Below the pieces are notes generated by a model that was given only the letters and a program-made list of their open reading frames with translations, ran no database searches and was not told the DNA's origin. Shown here in pieces: positions 9,273-17,985 of a stretch of DNA of 64,000 nucleotides (within the stretch, counting starts at the first letter, position 1; the number at the start of each line of letters is the position of its first letter). Source of the stretch: Gemmatimonadales bacterium (GTDB lineage: Bacteria > Gemmatimonadota > Gemmatimonadetes > Gemmatimonadales > GWC2-71-9). The translations under genes and the position numbers were made by a program. The stretch covers positions 2,560,001-2,624,000 of the forward strand of contig OZ252244.1 in the NCBI GenBank assembly GCA_965249575.1, read 5' to 3'.

Positions 9273-9926
9273 CTACCTCGCGGTGCGCATCGCGAACTCG
9301 AACGCGCGATGGAAGTTGGCTTGCAGGCGTTCGGGGGTCGCGACGCGGCGCGCCGTTCGTTCGAAGCGAAGGCTCGCGGGGATCCGGACGCTGGTGACAA
9401 GCGAATAGAGAAGGCGAATAGACGAGCGACGCCGTCTCCCCACCCGTTGGAAGATGCCACGGAATGCACCACGTTCGACGAGGAAGGTCCGCTTCTCGCC
9501 TCGGTACTGCGTCTTCCCACCCGCCGTGTGGTGCGCTCGCAGTGCCAGGGCCTTGGGTCGGAGCCGACGAGACCCCACGCCGGTCTTCCCGCGCTTGACG
9601 TCAATAGGCACGGCGATGCTCCGGCCTGAATGAGGACGCTTCACGCCACCTCGCTCGAACTTCGCGAGGAAGTCTCTGGTCGGATCGATGCGCACCGTAG
9701 CTCTCAGGTTCCGTTTGTTGGCGAAGTCTTGTCGGTTGATCTTCACGGTGCGGAGCACGAACTGCTTCCGGCGCAGGGTGAAGGTCTTCTCGATCTGCGC
9801 CCGTTCGGCGGCTTGGATCTGTTTGATGGTGTCGTTCAGCGCTTTCGATGCCGCAAACGGCACTTGCCGTCTGGCACGGTCAGTGAGGTCAAGCGCGGGC
9901 TTAAGGTCAGCAACGATCTGGATCAT
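9273..9926 (-). CDS. Phage minor tail/morphogenesis protein (lambda gpZ-like)
   Basis: Very basic 217 aa with QVPFAASKALNDT, a pattern typical of this family upstream of terS. Confidence 0.65.
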   Translation of the reverse strand: MIQIVADLKPALDLTDRARRQVPFAASKALNDTIKQIQAAERAQIEKTFTLRRKQFVLRTVKINRQDFANKRNLRATVRIDPTRDFLAKFERGGVKRPHSGRSIAVPIDVKRGKTGVGSRRLRPKALALRAHHTAGGKTQYRGEKRTFLVERGAFRGIFQRVGRRRRSSIRLLYSLVTSVRIPASLRFERTARRVATPERLQANFHRAFEFAMRTAR

Positions 9927-10063
9927 GCGACCTTCTCACGCACCCGGATCTCAATGAACTCGGCACCCAGGAACGTGATGATGGCTCCACCCGACAGCGT
10001 GGCCCGAACCTCGCCTCGATAGAGCCCAGGCGTAAGGGTGATCGCCCAAGGGTATGGGGTTAC
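9923..10063 (-). pseudogene. Start-less remnant of a small phage gene
   Basis: 46 open codons (..TLTPGLYRGEVRATLSGGAIITFLGAEFIEIRVREKVA*) ending in an ATGA overlap with the 9926 start; no in-frame start codon. Confidence 0.45.
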
Positions 10064-10371
10064 CTACCACTGTTGGGGATTGCCGACAGAGAAGAGGGTG
10101 ACATTCCTGTCACCCTCGAGTAGACGAGCCGGTAGGCTTGTGCTTCGTTTAGTAGGGCCCGCTTCCGTCGCTTGAGGTAGCCGCACGCCTCCAATCGTCG
10201 AAGGCATCGGACCGCGCATCGCCAAGGCATACCGGTTTCATGGACGAGCCACATCCGCTTCACGCGCCGGAACTCCACCACATCCAGAATGCGCTGCAGG
10301 GCCTCGTAAACGCGCAAATCGGACCGCCGGAGCTGGGGGTCCTTCGCCGCCTCGTGGAGGGCGGGAATCAC
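10060..10371 (-). CDS. Small winged-helix DNA-binding protein
   Basis: DPQLRRSDLRVYEAL..LVHETGM..AVRCLRRLEACGYLKR..YRL fits a wHTH pattern. Confidence 0.65.
   Translation of the reverse strand: MIPALHEAAKDPQLRRSDLRVYEALQRILDVVEFRRVKRMWLVHETGMPWRCAVRCLRRLEACGYLKRRKRALLNEAQAYRLVYSRVTGMSPSSLSAIPNSGR
10094..10117. promoter_or_regulatory. Palindromic operator-like site, copy 2
   Basis: GAGGGTGACA-TTCC-TGTCACCCTC; arms shared with 6566-6587. Confidence 0.6.
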
Positions 10372-10387
10372 AGGCTGTTCCGGCGTG

Positions 10388-10408
10388 TCACGGAACTTAT
10401 CACGGAAC
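10388..10408. repeat. Direct repeat TCACGGAAC x2, possible integrase arm-type sites
   Basis: Copies at 10388 and 10400, about 90-100 bp inside the att core. Confidence 0.45.
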
Positions 10409-10490
10409 CTTCGGGGTTTCTCTGGGGGGTTCTAGGGGGTGGTGACGATTGGTAAGATGCTAAGTCGTAGTGCTTTATGCCCCGGGATGC

Positions 10491-10536
10491 CTGACTCTTA
10501 ATCAGTAGGTTCGGGGTTCGATTCCCTGGCGGCGCA
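10491..10536 (+). other. 3' fragment of tRNA-Lys(CTT), likely prophage att core
   Basis: CTGA-CTCTTAA-TCAG anticodon arm, GGGGTTCGATTCCCT T-arm, acceptor 3' strand GGCGGCGCA; no D-arm or 5' acceptor strand upstream. Confidence 0.85.
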
Positions 10537-10736
10537 CGTTGCGGCGGCGCTAATTGCGTCGCCGCTCAGTTGCTGATCGGTCCGGGGTGAACGAGCGAGC
10601 CGCTCCCGCGCCCGCTCGTCCGCTCACCGTCCCTCGCCCACTCCCGTGGGCTCGGTCGGCTGCTGCGTCGATTCCCTGGCGGAGCATCTGTCGGCGGCGC
10701 TAACTACGTCGCCGCTTTGCTAACGGTCGGTCGGGG
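10518..10736 (+). repeat. Imperfect tandem repeat, 150-bp period, containing the tRNA 3' end and a hairpin
   Basis: TCGATTCCCTGGCGG at 10518 and 10668, each followed by a CGGCGGCGC-TAA..-CGTCGCCGC stem-loop. Confidence 0.8.
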
Positions 10737-10762
10737 CTAGCGGCAGGCGCGTCCCCGCGCCG

Positions 10763-11620
10763 GTGCTTGCCAGGGACCTGACGCAACGGCATCATTGCGC
10801 CGTGCCAAATCAATCACCGGGCGGTGCGTCGGCCGTTGGCGAACGCAGTCGGAGCACCAAGACTCGGCGCAGTGAGCGGCGGGGCCGCTTCGCCCCCGAG
10901 AGCGGGCTACGGCGCGTTTTGTGGGTCGTGACGAGCTACGTCGTCACCCACATGACGGCCACGGTATTTTGGGTCCTCTTTCGCGTGCTCAATCGGACGA
11001 CGTTCCGGGGCAGAGAGCACGTCGACGGCCAGCCAAATACACTACTTCTGTCCAACCACCAGTCCATGATCGACAGCTTCCTGGTCGCGATGGTGTTCTT
11101 CGCTGGGTCGTGGACCAGGCCGCACCTTTTGCCATGGAATCCCGCGGCGGAGGAAAACTTTTACTCCAATCCGCTCCTCGCCTGGTTTTCGCGACACTGG
11201 AGATGTATTCCCGTTCGGGAAGGGCGTCGCGACCTCCATGCGCTGCACCGGATGATCGGGGTGTTGCCCAAGGGGGTCATGACCCTGTTTCCGGAAGGAA
11301 CGCGCACCAGGGACGGTTCCGTCGGGCGAGGCCGACCGGGTGCCGGTCTGGTGATTCTCGGGACGAGACCGAAAGTGATACCAGTCGCGATCGACGGGAT
11401 GAACGAGGTGCTGCCCATCGGTAGCTACCGGCCCCGAATTGGCAAGCGAATCTACGTGACTTACGGGCCGCCCGTGGATTACTCGGAGTTCCTGGGGCAG
11501 CCGCGCACCCGTGACATGGCACAGGCGGTGGTCGACCGCGTCACCACGGCCATTCAAAGCCAACTCGAAGAGATACGACGCCTGCGTGAGGACGCTCGGC
11601 CGAGGACGAGTATGGGGTAG
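10763..11620 (+). CDS. plsC: Lysophospholipid acyltransferase (PlsC family)
   Basis: NHQSMID and FPEGTRT motifs; true start may be GTG at 10802. Confidence 0.85.
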   Translation: MLARDLTQRHHCAVPNQSPGGASAVGERSRSTKTRRSERRGRFAPESGLRRVLWVVTSYVVTHMTATVFWVLFRVLNRTTFRGREHVDGQPNTLLLSNHQSMIDSFLVAMVFFAGSWTRPHLLPWNPAAEENFYSNPLLAWFSRHWRCIPVREGRRDLHALHRMIGVLPKGVMTLFPEGTRTRDGSVGRGRPGAGLVILGTRPKVIPVAIDGMNEVLPIGSYRPRIGKRIYVTYGPPVDYSEFLGQPRTRDMAQAVVDRVTTAIQSQLEEIRRLREDARPRTSMG

Positions 11621-11629
11621 GCGTTCCGC

Positions 11630-12064
11630 TCAGGACGGCGGGGGGCCGGCCAAGAACCGTTCGACGAGCCTGTTGGTGGCGTGGAGGATGGCCACCGCGC
11701 CATCCCGGGGGGAAAAATCGTCGGAAATCGAGGAGCCGACGAGCCGGGCTTTACGCTCCGATTCCCTCGAGGACAGCGAAGCGATGACCACTACGGCGTC
11801 GAACGCTTGTACCGACTTAACGCCGATGAGCTCGAAACTGGCCTGCCCATTCATGGCATGCTCTATGGCCTGGAGCATCGCGGCGGCGGCGCAGCGAAGT
11901 TCTCGAGGTGGGGAACTGACGTCCTCGGACGTGCCGACGAAAGACTCCCCGGGCTGACCTCCGAGGACCACACGGACGGTAGCCCGCCCGGAAGGCGAGC
12001 GGCGGATCTCGAACTCCTCGAACCGAAGCCGGCCCCTCAATGAATCCTGGTTCTGTTCCCGCAC
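11630..12064 (-). CDS. Hypothetical protein (144 aa)
   Basis: Protein-like composition, fills the gap between neighbours, RBS-like sequence upstream. Confidence 0.7.
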   Translation of the reverse strand: MREQNQDSLRGRLRFEEFEIRRSPSGRATVRVVLGGQPGESFVGTSEDVSSPPRELRCAAAAMLQAIEHAMNGQASFELIGVKSVQAFDAVVVIASLSSRESERKARLVGSSISDDFSPRDGAVAILHATNRLVERFLAGPPPS

Positions 12065-12179
12065 CTCTCATCGCCTTTGAATACGGGAGAGCGTCGCAAA
12101 AAAAGTGCAGCCGGGTACGGCCGTGCGCTAGCCGGACGAGGGGAAAGTCTCGGGCTCGCCCGCGAGACCCGCTCGGGCT

Positions 12180-12809
12180 TCAGGTACCCAGCAGTCCCTG
12201 CAGCTCGTTAGCCGTCATCCCATCCCTGTCGTTGGTTGCCCACTTGGGTCGCTGGGAGAAGACCCGCCGGATCATGGCTTCGAAGGATTCGAGTGGGAGC
12301 GTGTCGTAATCGGGGTCGAAGGAAGCCTGGTCGTACTCGCAGAACCGCACGGTGCGCTCGTAGGCGGGGTGATCCTTGAACCGGTCACGGGCGTTTCGAT
12401 CCATTCCCAGGTGGTGGAAGTAATAGTATCCCTGAAAGATGGGGTGATGCTTCACCATCCAGCGATTCTCTTCCGACACGAACGGTTCCAGGATCGCGGC
12501 AGACACATCGGCGTGGCTGTAAGGCGAGAGAACGTCCCCGACATCGTGGAGTAGGCAACACACCACGTACTCTTCGTCCTGCCCGTCCCGCTGCGCCCTC
12601 GTGGCGGTTTGGAGCAAATGGGTGAGCCGGTCGATGGGGAATCCGTCATTGCCACCTCGACCCCGTAGCACGTTGAGGTGATCTATTATCCGATCCGGCA
12701 ACGCGCTGGACCACGCTTCATCGGCCTTCTCGAGGCGCTCCAAGTCCTCTTTGGTCAGGTCCTTGAGTTGTGTCCACTTGGGTCGGACCTGCGGAGACTT
12801 CTCGACCAT
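12180..12809 (-). CDS. HD-domain protein (PhnZ-like metal-dependent enzyme)
   Basis: HLLQTATRA..LLHDVG..HADV..KHH..YD; GGGAGAG RBS. Confidence 0.85.
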   Translation of the reverse strand: MVEKSPQVRPKWTQLKDLTKEDLERLEKADEAWSSALPDRIIDHLNVLRGRGGNDGFPIDRLTHLLQTATRAQRDGQDEEYVVCCLLHDVGDVLSPYSHADVSAAILEPFVSEENRWMVKHHPIFQGYYYFHHLGMDRNARDRFKDHPAYERTVRFCEYDQASFDPDYDTLPLESFEAMIRRVFSQRPKWATNDRDGMTANELQGLLGT

Positions 12810-13143
12810 GTGCTCTCCCTGTGGGAGGTGTCTGTCCTGGCGCGTCCCGCGAGCGATTCCCTATCCCGGCGCGACGTGACCGTCACAGTAGTTACCGGAC
12901 TCGGCGCCGTCGTTGGCACTGACGTGCTCGAGATAGGGATACTACCGGCTGGCATTCCCAGGTGGAAGCCCTGCATCTCGCGTCCCGGTCGTGACCTTGC
13001 CGAGGGTGTTCTCCCAATTAACTTATGCGACGGCGATCACTCTGTTGGGGGGCGAGGTACTGCTTCCGGTCGCCTCCGACTCGTTGACTCACGACCAACA
13101 AACCAATGCCCAGAGTCTCACGCGAAGTGAGGGAGGAAGGGAA

Positions 13144-13392
13144 ATGACGGCACCGGTCTCGATAGAGCGGTTCGTGAAGGAGCTGGAGAAACTGAAGGAG
13201 GAAATGAGCGGTGGCAGGCTCGAGCATGGCGAGTACGACCAGCGGCTCGCCCGTGCTATCCAGGAGCTTCGGGAACGCGGGCTCGATGCCGATCGTGCGG
13301 CGATTACCGCCGCGCTCGACGATGCGCTGCAGAAGGGCGTCATCGTTTCCTCGGTCAGGGACCATATCGGGAAGCGACTCGGGTTGACCTAG
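13144..13392 (+). CDS. Small helical hypothetical protein (82 aa)
   Basis: GGAAGGGA RBS before ATG 13144. Confidence 0.65.
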   Translation: MTAPVSIERFVKELEKLKEEMSGGRLEHGEYDQRLARAIQELRERGLDADRAAITAALDDALQKGVIVSSVRDHIGKRLGLT

Positions 13393-13486
13393 CGCCGCGA
13401 CGGGGCCCTGCCGCACCGTGCCGTCCTCGGCCGACGGGGTGAAGAGTCGGTCGTCGTGACGGATCTGCTCACCGAGACTCGCTGGT

Positions 13487-14749
13487 CTACTGGACGGGAA
13501 CCCACGTGCCGCGCGCATCGTAGCCCGGACTCGATGCCCAACCGGCGGCCTGCCACATGATATCGAAGGACGCTCTCATGGGATCGGCTACGTGCTCCGG
13601 CACGCTGTCGAGGATGAGCGTCGGGAGGTGGGCGTTCTGCTGGTCGAACCCCTGGCCCTGGACCGGGTCGCCCTTCCCCATACCGCGGTTACAGAGCCGA
13701 AGCCCCTCGACGCCGGTCATCGTCAGGCAGACAGCGTAGGGTGGCTGTCGATCGGCAGCTCGCAACCACGTGACGCCCTTGTCGAGCCAGCTGATGATGT
13801 CGCGCTCGATCATCCGGCCGTTGAGAACCCGGACCCCGCTCGAAGCCTCGCTGTACGCGCTGAGGTGTGCGAACACCTCGATCCCGCCGTGCCTGAAGTA
13901 CTGCGTGTACGCCGACGTTTCGCCCTTGTAATGGGCGTATCCCAACCAGCCGTCCAAGTTCCGACGGGATGTCCACCCCAGAATGAGGCGGCCGGGCTTC
14001 AAGTGCGAGCGCCAGTCCAGCTCGAGTGCATCGGCGTCGATGTTGGATTCGAGGCGCCCGACGGGGAGAATGTGTAGAAACAGTCCCGGTGTACCGGCGG
14101 TGAAGGCCAGATCTCCGCGGAGAGCGCCGGAGACTCGATTGGAGCGGAAATCGACCGTGTCCTGCCGCCTCTTTTCGGACTCTTGAAACGCATCTCGTAG
14201 CTGAGTCGGGAGCATCAGGTGCCTGCCTCCCGCATCGCGGCTCCAGAACTGGCAACGCCCGTCGAACACGATGGCGTGTGGCCCGTGAAGACTCTGTGGA
14301 ATCTCGAGCACCAGGAAGTGGCCGGCGCTGTCTTCGAGAGCGTGCCAGCGGGGATCGACGAGCGGCGGGTCAACGTGCTCACTGAACAGGGCGTCGAGCC
14401 GCCGGCTGTCCCGATCTTGATCCAGATTCTTGAGGGGGGCGACCTTGGTCGGGACGCCATCCTTCGCATCGATGCCGAAAATCACGATGCCGCCCGAGGC
14501 GTTGGCGAGCGAGGTGATGGACTGGAGCAGTCGTTCTACGGACGCCTTGCTCTTCTCGGGAAGCCGCCGGAAATAATCCATGTACCGATCCTGGCGGCGG
14601 GCGTTCTGGACGAGGTCGCGCATGTCCTCCGCCGACAGCTCGGTCGGGGACCTCCCGTGGACTGTCGGCACCGCGCCGGCGCTACGAACCATGGGCAGCG
14701 TCGCGCGGCCTATGGCGATTGGCTGCGTGGCGGAGTCTGGGTCGATCAT
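13487..14749 (-). CDS. Schlafen/AlbA_2-domain protein
   Basis: ITSLANASGGIVIFGI, LVLEIPQSLHGPH and FWSRDAGGRHLM motifs; start uncertain (ORF open to 14800). Confidence 0.8.
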   Translation of the reverse strand: MIDPDSATQPIAIGRATLPMVRSAGAVPTVHGRSPTELSAEDMRDLVQNARRQDRYMDYFRRLPEKSKASVERLLQSITSLANASGGIVIFGIDAKDGVPTKVAPLKNLDQDRDSRRLDALFSEHVDPPLVDPRWHALEDSAGHFLVLEIPQSLHGPHAIVFDGRCQFWSRDAGGRHLMLPTQLRDAFQESEKRRQDTVDFRSNRVSGALRGDLAFTAGTPGLFLHILPVGRLESNIDADALELDWRSHLKPGRLILGWTSRRNLDGWLGYAHYKGETSAYTQYFRHGGIEVFAHLSAYSEASSGVRVLNGRMIERDIISWLDKGVTWLRAADRQPPYAVCLTMTGVEGLRLCNRGMGKGDPVQGQGFDQQNAHLPTLILDSVPEHVADPMRASFDIMWQAAGWASSPGYDARGTWVPVQ

Positions 14750-14898
14750 GTCGCGAAGATACGGACCGGTGGATTGGGCGTCCAGCGGCTCAGATGGCAA
14801 GGAGCTCCGGCGTCCAGACGAGAAGCGATGTTACCTTTGAGCCGGCGCCGTGTGCCGGAAGACAGGGAACCGCCAATTCGTGTTTGGGGGACTTCGTA

Positions 14899-16593
14899 AT
14901 GAAACCGCTTCGCCTTGCCTGTCTCATCTGTCTCGTTGCGGCGTGTTCCCCCGACTACGATGTGATCATCCGTGGCGGGTCGGTATATGACGGAAGCGGG
15001 GCGTCACCGATCGTGGCGGACGTCGGGATCGTGGGGGACACGGTAGCGATCGTCGGAGATCTGAATGGGGCGACGGCGCGGCAGGAGGTGCGCGCGGCGG
15101 GTCTCGCGATCTCGCCAGGCTTCATCAACATGCTGAGTTGGGCGACCGAGACCCTAATCGTGGACGGACGCTCCGAGAGCGATATCCGTCAGGGCGTAAC
15201 TCTCGAGGTCTTCGGTGAGGGGCGATCCATGGGTCCTCTCAACGCGCAGATGAAGGCCGAGATGGTCGCGCAGCAGGGAGATCTGTCATTTGACGTGCCA
15301 TGGACCACGCTCGGCGAGTACCTGGAGCATCTGGTCGATCGGGGTGTAGCGCCGAATGTGGCGTCCTTCGTGGGAGCGACGACCGTACGCGTTCACGAAT
15401 TGGGATACGAAGACCGTCCCCCGACGGCGGGCGAGCTGGACCGAATGCGAGCGCTCGTTCGGCAGGCGATGGAGGAAGGGGCCCTCGGCGTCGGCTCTGC
15501 GTTGATATACGCGCCGGCGTTTTACGCCGACACGAGGGAGCTCGTCGAGCTCGCCAAGGTGGCATCGACGTACGGAGGCATGTACACGTCCCATATCCGG
15601 GACGAAGGCAACCGGTTCATGGAGGCACTCGACGAGATCTTCAGGATCGCGCGCGAGGCGGAGATTCGCGCGGAGATCTATCATTTCAAAGTCAAGGGTC
15701 CCCACAACTGGTCCAAGCTGGATGAGGCGATCGGGCGCATCGAACGGGCTCGGGCTGAAGGCCTGGGCGTCACGGCAAACGTGTATCTGTATCGCGCGGG
15801 ATCGACCGGGCTCAATGCGACCATGCCGCCCTGGGTCCAGGAGGGAGGGCTTGGACCGTGGATCGAGCGGCTGAGCGATCCGGCCATTCGATCCCGCGTC
15901 GCGAGGGAAATGTTGGAGCCGGGGCTCGGTTGGAACAACAACCTGGAGTTGTCGGGCTCGGCCGACAACGTGCTCCTCGTGGGCTTCCGCTCGGAGACAC
16001 TGAAACCCCTGATCGGGAAGACGCTGGCAGCGGTCGCGCAAATGCGTGGGACGTCGATACCCGAAACCGCCATGGACTTGGTCGTAGAAGACGAAAGCCG
16101 GGTCAGCGCCGTTTACTTCATGATGGCGGAGGAGAATCTCCGGAAGAAAGTGGGGCTTCCCTGGGTGAGCTTCGGGTCCGACGGCGGGTCGATGGCGCCA
16201 GAGGGTGTGTTTCTACGCTCCAGCCCGCACCCGAGAACCTACGGCAATTTCGCGCGCCTGCTGGCCAAGTACGTCCGGGATGACGGCGTGATACCGCTCA
16301 AGGAAGCCGTACGCCGGCTCAGTGCGCTCCCCGCGGAGAACTTGAGACTGGCTCGCCGTGGACGGCTACTACCTGGCTACTATGCTGACATCGTGGTGTT
16401 CGACCCGGGTCGCATCCAGGACCACGCGTCGTACGATGACCCGCATCGTTACGCTATCGGCGTGGAGCATGTGTTCGTGAACGGGGTGCAGGTGCTCGAT
16501 CGGGGCGAGCACACGGGCGCGCTACCGGGGCGGGTGGTCCGGGGCCCCGGCTGGAAAGGGTGGGGACACTCCCCGAGTCCGTCAGGAGGGTAG
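14899..16593 (+). CDS. N-acyl-D-amino-acid deacylase (D-aminoacylase), lipoprotein
   Basis: Lipobox LVAAC; YTSHIRDEG, GSDG, PHPRTYGNF and ADIVVFDP motifs. Confidence 0.9.
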   Translation: MKPLRLACLICLVAACSPDYDVIIRGGSVYDGSGASPIVADVGIVGDTVAIVGDLNGATARQEVRAAGLAISPGFINMLSWATETLIVDGRSESDIRQGVTLEVFGEGRSMGPLNAQMKAEMVAQQGDLSFDVPWTTLGEYLEHLVDRGVAPNVASFVGATTVRVHELGYEDRPPTAGELDRMRALVRQAMEEGALGVGSALIYAPAFYADTRELVELAKVASTYGGMYTSHIRDEGNRFMEALDEIFRIAREAEIRAEIYHFKVKGPHNWSKLDEAIGRIERARAEGLGVTANVYLYRAGSTGLNATMPPWVQEGGLGPWIERLSDPAIRSRVAREMLEPGLGWNNNLELSGSADNVLLVGFRSETLKPLIGKTLAAVAQMRGTSIPETAMDLVVEDESRVSAVYFMMAEENLRKKVGLPWVSFGSDGGSMAPEGVFLRSSPHPRTYGNFARLLAKYVRDDGVIPLKEAVRRLSALPAENLRLARRGRLLPGYYADIVVFDPGRIQDHASYDDPHRYAIGVEHVFVNGVQVLDRGEHTGALPGRVVRGPGWKGWGHSPSPSGG

Positions 16594-16597
16594 CGCG

Positions 16598-17985
16598 CTA
16601 CTTTCCGGCCTCCGCTCCGGCCGGCATTTCGTAGAGATCGTGGAACCGTGTCTTGAACGAGAGCACCCACAAGACTGCGGTCAGGAAACCGGCGATCATT
16701 CCCGCTAGGGCGCCCGTCCTCGTTGTTTCCTTCCAGAAGAGTGAGCAGAGCACGACGGGCGTGAACGCAGACGCCAGGCCCGACCAGGCAAACAATACGA
16801 ACCAGAAGATCATCCGGGCTTCGCCCAGGGCGAAGGTCAACGCGGCCAGCCCGATGACGACGGTGACCAGCTTCCCATACAGGGAGAGCCGACGTTCGCT
16901 GAGAGAAGGGCGGAAGACCAATTTTGGACGACATCGCGAACCACAGCGGAAGACGCAAGAATGAGCAGTGAGTCGACGGTCGACATGATGGCGGCGAGAA
17001 CGATCACCAGGAACAGGCCGGTGAAAATGCTTGGGAACAGCTCACCGGTCATCGTAGGGAGAATCGTTTCGGGATCGGCGAGATTGGGGAACAGCGATCG
17101 GCCGGCCATTCCGGCGAATACCGCTCCGACGTCGAACACGATGATCGACAAGACCGCTATGAGGCTACCGTGGACGATATCGCGTTCGCTGCGCGCCGAG
17201 ATGAAGCGTGTCAGCAGTTGCGGAGCACCGAGAAAGGCGAGCCCGATGCCCATGAAAGAGACTGCGCTCACCACGCCGGCGAGGGAGAAGCCCAGGTTGC
17301 CCATGGGGGCGAGCAAGGTCGGATCGATCGCGCGCAGGTGGGACATCAATGGCATCCACCCGCCCGCGGCCGAGATGCCGACAACGGGAAGGACGAGGAG
17401 TCCACAGAACATCAAGACGCCCTGTAGGAGGTCGCTGTAGGCGACGGCCTTGAACCCCCCGACGGTGGTGTAGTACAAAATGACGGCGGCGCCAATAACC
17501 ACGCCGGTATGGTAACTCGTTCCCAGGAACGCCCCGAACGCTTTGCCGGACGCGGTGAGCTGCGCCGCCGTGTAGGCAGTCACCATACTGAGGATGATCA
17601 CGGCGCTGACGAGCCGAATGGCGTGGCGTGGATCGTTGAAGCGAGCGTCGAGGTAATCGGGAACCGTGATGGCGTCGCAACGGTCGGTCGCTGCCTTGAA
17701 CGGCAGCGCGACGACCGCCCAGCCGAGAGCGACGCCCAGCACCTCCCCGAGGACGATCCACAACGCATGAATACCGACCGCGTACCCCATCCCCGTGAGT
17801 CCCAGCAACAGCCACGCGCTCTCTCCGGTGGCGTTCGAAGAGAAAGCGATGACCCAAGAGGGAAGCTTCTTGCCGGCTACGTAGTAGTCGGCCATGCTCC
17901 GTGATTCTCTTCCGCCCCAGGCACCTATCCCAAGCAGGATGATGAGATAAATGACGAGTACCGTTACGACGATCGCCGAGCTCAT
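16598..17985 (-). pseudogene. putP: Sodium/proline symporter (SSS, PutP-like), frameshifted and short at the C-terminus
   Basis: YYVAGKKLP, ESAWLLLGL and AAIMSTVDS motifs; frame break at an A-run near 16922, continuing in 16598-16921; could be a sequencing error. Confidence 0.8.

Larger units (their letters stand above)
1..10536 (-). mobile_element. Right end of a lambdoid (cos-type) prophage, probably integrated at tRNA-Lys(CTT); continues beyond the left edge
   Basis: Co-oriented, often overlapping terS-terL-gpW-like-portal-protease/capsid-head/tail genes, bounded by a tRNA 3' fragment at 10491-10536, after which host genes begin. Confidence 0.92.

Noticed and set aside
1..10371. Bona fide gene transfer agent
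   Set aside because: A tRNA att site and a cos-like signal with GpA-type terminase point to specific packaging by a prophage; GTA status cannot be supported from this window
10460..10536. Complete tRNA-Lys gene
   Set aside because: No 5' acceptor strand or D-arm upstream of the anticodon stem; only the 3' part is present
10518..10736. CRISPR array
   Set aside because: Only two imperfect units, derived from tRNA sequence, with a 150-bp period and no cas genes
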